In this document: in pieces, positions 8,279 to 17,505 of the stretch | Numbering within the stretch: the first letter of the stretch is position 1 | Layout of the letters: each line of letters opens with the position of its first letter | Source: Actinomycetota bacterium | GTDB taxonomy: Bacteria; Actinomycetota; Thermoleophilia; Miltoncostaeales; Miltoncostaeaceae | Length of the DNA stretch: 64,000 bases | Assembly (NCBI GenBank): GCA_016870155.1 | Contig: VGCE01000003.1 | Location: 54,055 to 118,054 of the forward strand | Reading direction: 5' to 3' | Notes under the pieces: generated by a model | What the model was told of the DNA's origin: nothing | Databases searched by the model: none | The model's input: only the letters and a program-made list of their open reading frames with translations | Translations under genes and position numbers: made by a program

Positions 8279-9814
8279 GTGCCCGGCCGCTTCTTCATCA
8301 CCACGCCCATCTATTACGTCAACGCGGACCCCCACGTGGGTCACGCCTACACGACGATCATGGCCGACGTGATCGCCCGCCACCACCGCCAGCGGGGCGA
8401 GAACGTATTCTTCCTCACCGGCACCGACGAGCACGGGGCCAAGATCGCCCGGGCCGCCGAAGACGCCGGGCGCACCCCCAAGGAGCACGCCGACGACCTC
8501 TCGGCGCGCTTCCGCGAGATGGGCCGGGTGCTCGGCGCGAGCAACGACTTCTTCATCCGCACCACCGACGAGCAGCACATGGCGGCGGTGCAGGAGCTCA
8601 TCGTGCGCATGCACGAGAAGGGCGACATCTACAAGGGGTCGTACGGCGGCTGGTACTGCACCTCGTGCGAGGCCTTCTACGGCGAGGGCGACCTGGCCGA
8701 GGGGCGCACGTGCCCCATCCATCGGCGCGAGGTGGAATGGATCGAGGAGGAGAACTGGTTCTTCCGCCTCTCGGCGTACCAGGACCGCCTGCTGGCCCAC
8801 TACGACGCCGTGCCGGCGTTCGTGCGGCCGAGGTCGCGCATGAATGAGGCCCGCAGCATGGTGGAGATGGGCCTCGACGACCTCTCGATGAGCCGCGCCC
8901 AGGTGGAGTGGGGGGTCACCGTGCCCTGGGACCCCGCGCACACGGTGTACGTGTGGGTGGACGCCCTGTTCAACTACTACACGGCCCTCACCTACGCCGA
9001 TCCCGGCACCGACCTGGTCGACCGCCTGTGGCCGCCCACGCTGCAGCTGATGGCCAAGGACATCCTCAAGTTCCACGCGGTCATCTGGCCCGCGCTGCTC
9101 ATGAGCGCCGACCTCGCGCTGCCCGAGCGCCTCTTCGTGCACGGCTACGTGCTGAAGGGCGGCGAGCGCCTCTCGAAGACCACCGGCAACATCGTCGACC
9201 CCTTCCCGTTCATCGAGCGGTACGGCCTGGACGCCCTGCGCTACTACCTGTGCCGCGAGATCCGCTTCGGCGATGACGGCACGTTCACCGACGAGGGGTT
9301 CCACCAGCGCTACACCGCCGAGCTCGCCAACGACTTCGGCAACCTGCTCTCGCGCACCACCAAGATGATCGAGCGCTACCGCGCCGGGGCGGTGCCCGCC
9401 GACCCCGGGGGAGACCCCGGCCTGGCCGACGAGGCGCTGGCCGTGCGCGAGCAGGTGCTGGCGCACTTCGACCGCGACGACGTCACGGGCGCGGTAGAGG
9501 CCGCGTGGGCCTGGGTGCGCCGCCTCAACCGCCTGGTGGAGGAGCGCGAGCCGTGGGCGCTGGCCAAGGACGACGCCCGTGCGGCCGAACTCGACCAGGC
9601 GCTGTTCAGCCTGGCCAACGGGCTGCGCATCGCGGCGATCCTGCTGTGGTCGGTGCTGCCGACCTCGTGCGAGGCCGTGCTGGCGGCACTGGGTGAGCCC
9701 GGGGATGGCCTGCTGCTGGCCGGGGCCCGGTGGGACGCCGGCACCCCGGGTGCCCACGTGAGGCCCCCCGAGCCGCTCTTCCCGCGCATCGAGGTGGATG
9801 AGGTGACCGCGTAG
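8279..9814 (+). CDS. metG: Methionine--tRNA ligase (short form)
   Basis: FFITTPIYYVNADPHVGHAYT (HIGH region), a CxxC...C zinc knuckle region and a KMSKS-like motif (LSKTTGN). GTG start at 8279. The upstream 300 codons of the ORF are not MetRS-like. Confidence 0.92.
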   Translation: MPGRFFITTPIYYVNADPHVGHAYTTIMADVIARHHRQRGENVFFLTGTDEHGAKIARAAEDAGRTPKEHADDLSARFREMGRVLGASNDFFIRTTDEQHMAAVQELIVRMHEKGDIYKGSYGGWYCTSCEAFYGEGDLAEGRTCPIHRREVEWIEEENWFFRLSAYQDRLLAHYDAVPAFVRPRSRMNEARSMVEMGLDDLSMSRAQVEWGVTVPWDPAHTVYVWVDALFNYYTALTYADPGTDLVDRLWPPTLQLMAKDILKFHAVIWPALLMSADLALPERLFVHGYVLKGGERLSKTTGNIVDPFPFIERYGLDALRYYLCREIRFGDDGTFTDEGFHQRYTAELANDFGNLLSRTTKMIERYRAGAVPADPGGDPGLADEALAVREQVLAHFDRDDVTGAVEAAWAWVRRLNRLVEEREPWALAKDDARAAELDQALFSLANGLRIAAILLWSVLPTSCEAVLAALGEPGDGLLLAGARWDAGTPGAHVRPPEPLFPRIEVDEVTA

Positions 9815-9852
9815 TCGACTCGCACTGCCACCTGCCGTCGTGCGACGACCCC

Positions 9853-10563
9853 GTGCCCGACCTCATCGCGGCCGCGGCCGCGGCGGGGGTGGAGCGCGTG
9901 GTCACGATCGGCTGCGGCCGCAAGCAGGGCGAGCAGGCGGTGGCGCTGGCCGAGTCCCACCCCGAGGTGTACGCCGCCGTGGGCGTGCATCCGGTGGATG
10001 CCGGGCGGGGCAGGTGGCGCGACTGCGATGTCGACTGGCTGCGCGACCTGGCCGCGCACGAGAAGGTGGTGGCCATCGGTGAGGCGGGCCTCGACTACTT
10101 CCACGATCGCACCACCCCGGACGACCAGCCACGGGCCTTCCGCGCCCAGGGCGAGCTCGCCGCCGACCTCGGAATGCCCCTGGTCATCCACACCCGTGAC
10201 GCGGCCGACGACACCATGGTGATCCTGCGCGAGATGGGCCTCACCGACGTGGTGCTGCACTGCTTCTCGATCCCCGAGTACCTCGATGAGGCCCTTGATC
10301 GCGGCTGGACCATCAGCCTGGCGGGGCCGGTGACCTTCCCGAAGAACACCCCGCTGCGCGACGTGGTGCCGCGTATCCCGGCCGGCCGCCTGATGGTGGA
10401 GACCGACGCGCCCTACCTGGCGCCGGTGCCCATGCGCGGCAAGCGCAACCAGCCGGCCTATGTGGCGCACACCCTGGCCTGCGTAGCCGAGCTGCGCGGG
10501 GATGCCCTGGCCGACCTCGACGCGGCAACGTCGGCCACCGCCGCGCGCGTGTTCGGGTGGTGA
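9853..10563 (+). CDS. tatD: TatD-family metal-dependent hydrolase. The coding signal actually begins at about 9811, see findings
   Basis: AIGEAGLDYF, PLVIHTRDA, VLHCFS and ETDAPYL motifs. The first canonical start is GTG 9853, but the conserved VVDSHCHL is encoded in-frame at 9811-9834. Confidence 0.85.
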   Translation: MPDLIAAAAAAGVERVVTIGCGRKQGEQAVALAESHPEVYAAVGVHPVDAGRGRWRDCDVDWLRDLAAHEKVVAIGEAGLDYFHDRTTPDDQPRAFRAQGELAADLGMPLVIHTRDAADDTMVILREMGLTDVVLHCFSIPEYLDEALDRGWTISLAGPVTFPKNTPLRDVVPRIPAGRLMVETDAPYLAPVPMRGKRNQPAYVAHTLACVAELRGDALADLDAATSATAARVFGW

Positions 10564-11387
10564 GCGGACCCCCCAAGCGCGTGGGCACGCAGCGCCTCAT
10601 GGAGCGCCATGGCATCAGGCCGGACACCGACCTGGGCCAGCACTTCCTGCTCGACGAGAACCTCGCCGACCTCGCCATGCGCATGGCCGAGGTGGGGCCC
10701 GACGACGTGGTGCTTGAGGTCGGGGCGGGGCTCGGCACGCTCACTGCCGCCCTGGGCCGCGCCGCGCGCGCGGTGCACGCGCTCGAGGTGGACCCGCGCA
10801 TGGAGCAGCCGCTTGCCGAGGCCACGGCCGGCCTCGACGGCGTGCGGGTGCTCTGGGGTGACTGCTTGAAGACCGACCTTGAGGCGCTTGACCCCCCGCC
10901 CACACGGGTGGTGAGCAACCTGCCGTACCACGTGGCCACGCCGATCCTCATCGAGAGCATCTGCCGGCTTCCGCTGGTCACCCACTGGGCGCTGATGACC
11001 CAGCGCGAGGTGGCCGACCGCTGGCTGGCCGGGCCGGGATCGCGGCTCTACGGCGGGCCCTCGGTGATCATCCAGCTGGCGTGCGAGGCCACCGGTCGCC
11101 GCTCGGTGGGGCGCGAGGTGTTCTCTCCGCGGCCGCGGGTGGATTCCGCCCTGGTGGGCCTGCGTCGCATCGCCGCCGCCCCCGACGACGCCACGCGGGC
11201 GCTCGTGCGGGCCGCCTTCGCAGTGCGCAGGAAGACCCTCGTGAATGCCCTGGGGCAGGCCGGTGCCGATCGCGACGCCGTGCGGGCCGCGCTTGCCGAC
11301 CAGGGGCTTGATGCCACCGTGCGCCCCGAGCAGGTGGAGCCCGCGGCCTACCCGCGGCTGGCAGCCGCGCTCCGGCGGCAGGCATGA
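10557..11387 (+). CDS. rsmA: 16S rRNA (adenine1518/1519-N6)-dimethyltransferase RsmA/KsgA
   Basis: LGQHFLLD, VLEVGAGLGTLT and VSNLPYHVATPIL motifs. Overlaps the tatD stop. Confidence 0.9.
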   Translation: MVSGPPKRVGTQRLMERHGIRPDTDLGQHFLLDENLADLAMRMAEVGPDDVVLEVGAGLGTLTAALGRAARAVHALEVDPRMEQPLAEATAGLDGVRVLWGDCLKTDLEALDPPPTRVVSNLPYHVATPILIESICRLPLVTHWALMTQREVADRWLAGPGSRLYGGPSVIIQLACEATGRRSVGREVFSPRPRVDSALVGLRRIAAAPDDATRALVRAAFAVRRKTLVNALGQAGADRDAVRAALADQGLDATVRPEQVEPAAYPRLAAALRRQA

Positions 11388-12256
11388 GGGGCGTGAGCAC
11401 GCGCGACCGGGTCACGGCGGATGCCCCGCCGAAGGTGAACCTGCGCCTGCTGGTGGGGCAGGTGCGCCCCGACGGCTACCACCCCCTGCGCACCCTCATG
11501 GTGGCGCTGCAGGGCCCGGTCGACCGGGTGACCGTCAGCCCCTCGACCGAACGGCGGGTGTCGTGCCCGGGCGTCGACGGCCCGGCGAACCTCGCCTGGG
11601 CGGCGCTGGATGCGCTGGAGGCCGAGGCGGGGGAGGCCCTGCCGACGCTCGCCGTTGACATCGACAAGGTGCTGCCCGCGCAGGCGGGCATCGGCGGCGG
11701 ATCGAGCGATGCGGCGGCGACCCTGCTGGCGGCCGACCGGCTGCTGGGACTGGGCCTCACCCCCGACCGGCTCGAGCGCGCGGCCGCCGCGGTGGGGTCG
11801 GATGTGCCGTTCTTCATCCGGGGCGGCGCGCAGTGGGCCACCGGGCGGGGAGAGGTGCTCGAGCCCGCTGCTGCCCCGCCATTCGAGTGCGTCATCGCCG
11901 CGTCGTGCGCGGGGTTGTCCACGCCCGCCGTGTACGCCGCATTCGACTCGCTCCCCGCGCCGCCGCCCGACGACGGCCTGCCGGCGCCCCCCGACGCCGC
12001 GGGGCTGCCGCGGTGGTGCCGCAACGACCTCTGGCCCGCGGCCAGGTCGCTTGACCCGGCGCTCGAGGCGCTTCACGCCGACGTCGAGGCGGCGGGCGCC
12101 GCCCCGGCGCTGCTGTGCGGCAGCGGGTCGGCTATCTGCGGCATCGCTCCCGATTCGCCGGCTGCCGATGCGCTGGCCCGCCGCCTGGTCACCGCCCGCC
12201 CCGACCTGCTCGTGCTGCGCGCGGGATTCCCGGGCGCAGCGCCGCCTGCGGACTAG
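11384..12256 (+). CDS. ispE: 4-diphosphocytidyl-2-C-methyl-D-erythritol kinase
   Basis: APPKVNLRLLV...GYHPL and GHMP kinase motif PAQAGIGGGSSDAAA. ATGA overlap with rsmA. Confidence 0.9.
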   Translation: MRGVSTRDRVTADAPPKVNLRLLVGQVRPDGYHPLRTLMVALQGPVDRVTVSPSTERRVSCPGVDGPANLAWAALDALEAEAGEALPTLAVDIDKVLPAQAGIGGGSSDAAATLLAADRLLGLGLTPDRLERAAAAVGSDVPFFIRGGAQWATGRGEVLEPAAAPPFECVIAASCAGLSTPAVYAAFDSLPAPPPDDGLPAPPDAAGLPRWCRNDLWPAARSLDPALEALHADVEAAGAAPALLCGSGSAICGIAPDSPAADALARRLVTARPDLLVLRAGFPGAAPPAD

Positions 12257-13029
12257 CGGAAGCCCACGCCCGCGCCCGCCCGGCGCTTCACGGCCGCCAG
12301 GTCGGGTGGGTTGAGGGCGATGAGCTCGGGCACGGTGACCACGGTGTAGCCCTGCTTCTTGATCCACGGCAGCAGGCGGTTGAGCGCCCAGTAGGTCTGC
12401 CCGCGGTTCTCGTGCATGAGGATGATGGCCCCGGGCTTCACCCCGGCCTTGCTGATGCTCAGGATCTCCTCGCGGCTCGCGCCGAGGGAGTCACGGCTGT
12501 CGGTGGACCACAGCACGTTCAGCACGCCCTTCCTCTTCAGCCACGCGTTGAGGGGCAGCGTCGTGGACCCGTACGGCGGGCGGAACAGCTGTACGCGGTC
12601 GCCGGTGATGTTGGTCAAGGCCGTCATGCTGCGCGACACCTCGGACAGCTGGCGGGACACCGGGATGCCGGGTAGGTACGGGTGCGACCACGTGTGGTCG
12701 CCCACCGCGCCCTCGCGGCTTTCGCGACGCAGGGTGTCGCTCCACTGCTCGAACTTCTTGCCGTTCACGAAGAAGGTGGGGCGGAAGCCGTACTTCCTGA
12801 ACTCGTCCATCACCTTTTCGGTATAGGACCCCGGCCCGTCGTCCATCGTGATAGCCAGGTACTTGCCCTGCACGCCCGCCTCGTAGAGGGGAATGCCAAG
12901 AGCCGCGACACGTGCCACGGCCTCCTGCTGCTCGGCCTCCGAGGGCATCGCCGGGCCCTTCGCGATGCCGGTCGTTGGAAGCGCGATCAGGGCTGCTGCG
13001 GCTGCGATGGCAAAGGCAATGCGGCGCAT
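12253..13029 (-). CDS. Secreted polysaccharide deacetylase (NodB domain)
   Basis: Signal peptide MRRIAFAIAAAAALIALPTTGIA, then ITMDDGPGSYT ... GDHTWSHP ... LFRPPYG motifs. Only the 3' 258 codons of the 938-aa ORF are used. Confidence 0.85.
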   Translation of the reverse strand: MRRIAFAIAAAAALIALPTTGIAKGPAMPSEAEQQEAVARVAALGIPLYEAGVQGKYLAITMDDGPGSYTEKVMDEFRKYGFRPTFFVNGKKFEQWSDTLRRESREGAVGDHTWSHPYLPGIPVSRQLSEVSRSMTALTNITGDRVQLFRPPYGSTTLPLNAWLKRKGVLNVLWSTDSRDSLGASREEILSISKAGVKPGAIILMHENRGQTYWALNRLLPWIKKQGYTVVTVPELIALNPPDLAAVKRRAGAGVGFR

Positions 13030-13129
13030 GGTGGGTAGTGAAGCACGACGTGCTGCCGGCACCGTGCCGAGGCGCCCGGGTGCGACCGTCGCCGTGGGGT
13101 TCGCTGTTACCCTCGGCGCGGTGTCGGAA

Positions 13130-13492
13130 ATGCAGATCGCTATCGAGGAGGAACCCCCCCGCCACGGGACCAGGTGGCACCACGCGCTGATGGGGCGCCG
13201 CCTGCTGTTGGCGATCCTCCTCGCGGCCGCCGAGGCCGTGCTGCTGCTGTTCTGGGGGCCGTCGTTCCTCTGGGTGCTGCTGGGCGCGGTGATCGTGCTG
13301 GCCCTCGCCGTGGGCCTGCTCAGCCGCGTGCCGGCCGGCCTCGGCCGCGACGTGCTCATCATCGTGGGCGGCGCGCAGGCGATCGTCGTGGGCATTCCCC
13401 TGCTGCTGGGCCTCGGCGTGATCGTGGCCGTGATCATCGGCATCATGCTCATCGCCGGCTTGGTGTTCGTCGCGGTGGCCAAGCGCCGATGA
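13130..13492 (+). CDS. Small polytopic membrane protein (about 4 TM), unknown function
   Basis: Strongly hydrophobic 120-aa product. The stop overlaps the start of the S8 protease gene (ATGA). Confidence 0.5.
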   Translation: MQIAIEEEPPRHGTRWHHALMGRRLLLAILLAAAEAVLLLFWGPSFLWVLLGAVIVLALAVGLLSRVPAGLGRDVLIIVGGAQAIVVGIPLLLGLGVIVAVIIGIMLIAGLVFVAVAKRR

Positions 13493-14958
13493 GCGCCGTG
13501 CACGCAGCGCCGCCTCCGGCCATCTCTGCGCCCGTGCGCGGGCGCGAGTCGGCGCGTGAGTCGCAGGTGTTCGACCAGGACGTCCAGGCCCTCACCGGCC
13601 AGGCATGGCTGCGCGCCATCCGCTGGACGCCCGCGGGGCGCCTCTACAACAAGCCGCCGCTCGTGGCGGTGCTCGACACCGGCGTGGCCCCGGGCGCCGC
13701 GGGTCTGGCGGGCCGCGTGGACACCCAGCACGCGAAGTCGTACGCCTTCGGCGGCGGCGATCCGCTCGTCGACGCCCAGGGCCACGGCACGATGGTGGCG
13801 GGCGTCATCGCCACGGTGGCATCGGGGGCCGAGGCCAACCCCGGCGTGGCGATCCTGCCCGTGCAGATCGCCGGGCCCACGGGCCAGACATCCGCACAGG
13901 CCGTGGCCGAGGGCATCTACTACGCGATCAGCCAGCGGGCGCGCATCATCAACCTCAGCCTGCAGGGCTCGTCGCGATCGAAGGTGGAGCAGGACGCCAT
14001 CAACGCCGCGGTGCGCGCGGGAATCCTCGTGGTCGCCGCCAGCGGCAACAGCGGCAAGGACACCTGCGGGGTCGCAGGGATCACCCAGTGCGAGTACCCC
14101 GGGGCATATCGCCACGTGCTCGCCGTGGGCGCCACCGATGAGGCCGGCACCGCGCTGCCCGAGAGCACGCGTGGCATGCACGTGGCCATCGCGGCGCCTG
14201 GCCGCGACATCGTGGCGGGCAGCGCGCGCGGCCCCGAGGGCGGCCAGCGCTTCGAGACCCGCACCGGCACCTCGATGGCCGCCGCGGTGGTGACCGGCGT
14301 GGCGGCACGCCTGCTGGCCGCGCGGCCGTCGCTCACCGCAGACCAGTTGACCGAGATCATGATGTCCACGGCGCGGGGCACCGCGGGCGGCCTCGACAGG
14401 GCACGCGGCGCCGGGCTGGTGGACCTTCCGCGTGCGCTGGCGGCCAAGCCGCCGTGGCTCGACACCACCGAGCCCGATGACGACGCCCCCGGCGCCCGCG
14501 GCCTCAGCCCGCTGGTGGCCCGTGGGTTCTCGTACGGCCAGCGCAAGGGACGCCTTCGCACCTGGGCCGATCTTCGCGACTACTCGGTGGTGTACCTGAA
14601 GAAGGGCCAGCAGCTCACGGCCGAAGCCACGGTGCAGCCGGGCAACGACGTGGACCTCTACCTGTGGAAGCCCGGCACCCCGCTCTACCGGCAGGGGGCG
14701 AAGTTCGCGCGTGAGTGGCTGCTGGCCGGCGCGGTGAACAAGGGCCCGGCGGATACCCTCACCTACCGGGCGCCCGAGGAGGGCGAGTACCTGCTCGAGG
14801 TGCGCCTGGCGGGGGCCCAGCGCCTGGTGCGACCGCGCTACCTGGTGAGCGCCACGGTGACGAAGCCCACCACCACCGCGGGCGCAGCGGGCGCCACCAC
14901 GCCGGGCGCGGGCACCGGGGGCACCGGTAGCGGGGGGACCAGCAGCCGCGCGCGCTGA
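13489..14958 (+). CDS. Subtilisin-like serine protease (peptidase S8) with a C-terminal PPC-type domain
   Basis: Catalytic triad contexts VAVLDTGV (Asp), GHGTMVAGVIA (His) and GTSMAAAVVTG (Ser). The C-terminal region DVDLYLW...EEGEYLLEV resembles a pre-peptidase C-terminal domain. No recognisable signal peptide. Confidence 0.88.
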   Translation: MSAVHAAPPPAISAPVRGRESARESQVFDQDVQALTGQAWLRAIRWTPAGRLYNKPPLVAVLDTGVAPGAAGLAGRVDTQHAKSYAFGGGDPLVDAQGHGTMVAGVIATVASGAEANPGVAILPVQIAGPTGQTSAQAVAEGIYYAISQRARIINLSLQGSSRSKVEQDAINAAVRAGILVVAASGNSGKDTCGVAGITQCEYPGAYRHVLAVGATDEAGTALPESTRGMHVAIAAPGRDIVAGSARGPEGGQRFETRTGTSMAAAVVTGVAARLLAARPSLTADQLTEIMMSTARGTAGGLDRARGAGLVDLPRALAAKPPWLDTTEPDDDAPGARGLSPLVARGFSYGQRKGRLRTWADLRDYSVVYLKKGQQLTAEATVQPGNDVDLYLWKPGTPLYRQGAKFAREWLLAGAVNKGPADTLTYRAPEEGEYLLEVRLAGAQRLVRPRYLVSATVTKPTTTAGAAGATTPGAGTGGTGSGGTSSRAR

Positions 14959-15044
14959 CGCGGCGTGCATCGCCGCGTTTCGCCCATGTTGCGGAAACCG
15001 CGTTCGGGCTGGAAGCGCCGGTGGAAAAGGGCTTTGATGCCAGG

Positions 15045-17138
15045 ATGGCCACCCTGGGCACGACGTCACGGGACCTCTCGGACCCCGCCATCTACGTGAA
15101 CCGCGAGTTCTCGTGGCTCGACTTCAACGCGCGCGTGCTGGCGCTCGCGGCCGATCCGTCGCAGCCCCTGCTCGAGCGGTGCAAGTTCCTGTCGATCTTC
15201 TCGAGCAACCTCGATGAGTTCTTCATGGTGCGCGTGGCCAGCGTTATCGACGCCCTCGAGGCCGGCCGGACATCGTCCACGCCCGACCAGCTGCCGCGCG
15301 AGGAGGTGCTCACGGGGATCCGCGAGCGCGTGCTCGAGCTGACGGCCCTGCAGGCCTCGGTGTGGCGCGACGAGGTGCGCCCCGCGCTCGCCGCCGAGGG
15401 CATCGTGGTGGCGAACATCGACGACCTGTCCGAGGCCGCCCAGGACGACCTGAACGTGCGGTTCGAGCGCGAGATCCAGCCGGTGCTCATACCGCTGGCG
15501 GTCGGGCCCGGGCTGCCGTTCCCCTACATCAGCAGCCTGTCGCTGAACCTGGGTCTCACCGTGCGCGACCCCGACACCGGCGAGTCGCGGTTCGCGCGCG
15601 TGAAGGTGCCGCGCATGCTGCCGCGCTTCGTGCGCGCGGGGGACATGCTCGTGCCGGTGGAGCAGGTGATCGCCGCCAACCTCGGCGAGGTGTTCCCCGG
15701 CATGAATATCACCCGCCGGGTGCTCTTCCGGGTCACGCGCGACGCCGACTTCTCGATCTCCGACGAGGCCGACGACCTTCTCAACGCCGTGGAGCGCGAG
15801 CTGCGCCGCCGCAGGTTCGGCGGCCCGGTGCGCCTGGAGGTCGAGGCCCGCAGCAGCAGCACCCTGCTGGAGGAGATCAAGGAGGGGCTCGGGGTCACCG
15901 AGGATGAGGTGTATCCCATCTCGAGCCTGCTCGACCAGACCTCACTGTGGCAGGTGGCGTCGATCGACCGCCCCGACCTGAAGTACGCCCCGTGGGAGCC
16001 CCGCGTGCCGACGCGCCTGGTGGGCGGCGGTGATGAGGGCGGAATGTTCACGGAGATCCGCCGCGCCGACATCGTGGTGCACCACCCGTACGACTCGTTC
16101 GAGGCCAGCGTGGCCCGCTTCGTGTATGAGGCCGCTGACGACCCCGACGTGGTCACGATCGAGCAGACGCTGTATCGCACCAGTGGTGACACGCCGATCG
16201 TCCCGGCCCTCATCCGCGCCGCCGAGCGCGGCAAGGGCACGGTATGCCTCGTGGAGCTCAAGGCGCGCTTCGACGAGGAGCAGAACATCCGCTGGGCCAA
16301 GGCCCTCGAGCGAGCGGGCGTGCACGTGGTGTACGGCCTCCCGGGCCTCAAGACCCACGCCAAGCTCTGCCTCGTGGTGCGCCGCGAGGGCAACCGCCTG
16401 CGGCGGTATGCGCACATCGGCACCGGTAACTACCACCCGACCACGGCGCGGCTCTACACCGACGTCGGGCTCTTCACGTGCCGCGAGGACGTGGTGGACG
16501 ACGTGGCCGACCTCTTCAACTACCTCACGGGATTCGCGCGCCCGCCTCGCTACCGGCAGTCGCTGGTGGCGCCGGAGCACCTGCGCGACGCGCTCGTGGA
16601 CGAGATTGACCGGGTGACCGCCCGGCACGAGCAGGGGCACCCGGGCCACATCCGCCTCAAGCTCAACTCGATGATCGACGGGCGCATCATCCGCGCGCTC
16701 TTCCGGGCGTCGTGCGCCGGGGTGCCGGTGGAGATCTGCGTGCGCGGCATCTGCGGGTTCCTGCCCGGAATCCCCGGCGTGAGCGAGAACATACGGGTCA
16801 CCTCGGTGGTCGGGCGGTTCCTCGAGCACTCGCGCATCTTCGTGTTCAGCAGCGGAGACGACCGGCGGGTGTTCACCGGGTCGGCCGACCTCATGGCCCG
16901 CAACCTCGACGACCGCGTGGAGCTCGTGGTGCGCGTGGATGACGAGGTGGCGGCCGATTACCTGGTGTCGATCGTGGACCTCATGCTCGCCGATACCGCC
17001 TGCGCGTGGAGGCTCACCCCCGACAGCTCATGGGTGCGCGTGGTGCCGGCACCGGGTGAGGCGCCGTTCTCGGGCCAGCAGGCGCTGATCGACCGGGCCG
17101 CGCCGCGGCCCGAGGCGGCCCCGAGGAGCGACCGCTGA
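15045..17138 (+). CDS. ppk: Polyphosphate kinase 1
   Basis: IYVNREFSWLDFNARVL, FLSIFSSNLDEFFMVR, KARFDEEQNI and HAKLCLV (PLD-like) motifs. Confidence 0.95.
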   Translation: MATLGTTSRDLSDPAIYVNREFSWLDFNARVLALAADPSQPLLERCKFLSIFSSNLDEFFMVRVASVIDALEAGRTSSTPDQLPREEVLTGIRERVLELTALQASVWRDEVRPALAAEGIVVANIDDLSEAAQDDLNVRFEREIQPVLIPLAVGPGLPFPYISSLSLNLGLTVRDPDTGESRFARVKVPRMLPRFVRAGDMLVPVEQVIAANLGEVFPGMNITRRVLFRVTRDADFSISDEADDLLNAVERELRRRRFGGPVRLEVEARSSSTLLEEIKEGLGVTEDEVYPISSLLDQTSLWQVASIDRPDLKYAPWEPRVPTRLVGGGDEGGMFTEIRRADIVVHHPYDSFEASVARFVYEAADDPDVVTIEQTLYRTSGDTPIVPALIRAAERGKGTVCLVELKARFDEEQNIRWAKALERAGVHVVYGLPGLKTHAKLCLVVRREGNRLRRYAHIGTGNYHPTTARLYTDVGLFTCREDVVDDVADLFNYLTGFARPPRYRQSLVAPEHLRDALVDEIDRVTARHEQGHPGHIRLKLNSMIDGRIIRALFRASCAGVPVEICVRGICGFLPGIPGVSENIRVTSVVGRFLEHSRIFVFSSGDDRRVFTGSADLMARNLDDRVELVVRVDDEVAADYLVSIVDLMLADTACAWRLTPDSSWVRVVPAPGEAPFSGQQALIDRAAPRPEAAPRSDR

Positions 17139-17154
17139 CCGGTCCTCACGCGCT

Positions 17155-17481
17155 ATGGTGCGCGGCGTGAGCACCGAGAACGCAGAGACGGCCGGGGCAC
17201 CGGAGGCCGTGGCCCCCGATGCCGGGGCCGATGACCCGGGCACGACCGGCTGGTCGCCGGTCGTGCCGCCCACCTTCCACTCGCCGGCTGCCGACCTCAA
17301 CCAACTGAGGAACGAAGCCAAGCGCATCGCCGATGCCGCGCCCGGCCAGCCCGTGCACGACAGCGTGCTGTCGCGCGCCCGCGCGCTGGCGGCCGCGCTC
17401 GAGCACGACCTGGGGCTGCCGCCGACCGCCGAGGGGCTCTCGTACGCCGACCTCGCGGTGCTGCTCTCGCAGAGCCGCTAG
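17155..17481 (+). CDS. Hypothetical protein (108 aa)
   Basis: An ORF 17 nt downstream of ppk on the same strand. No recognisable motif. Confidence 0.3.
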   Translation: MVRGVSTENAETAGAPEAVAPDAGADDPGTTGWSPVVPPTFHSPAADLNQLRNEAKRIADAAPGQPVHDSVLSRARALAAALEHDLGLPPTAEGLSYADLAVLLSQSR

Positions 17482-17505
17482 GCGCCGCCCGCCCCGCACG
17501 AAGCC

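Noticed and set aside
11528-11541. GGTGACCGTCAGCC inside ispE as a fourth locus of the dyad repeat.
   Set aside because: It is a single unpaired copy with a mismatch in the right arm and a C at the centre, so it is plausibly a chance occurrence in GC-rich coding sequence. It is mentioned only as a near-match.
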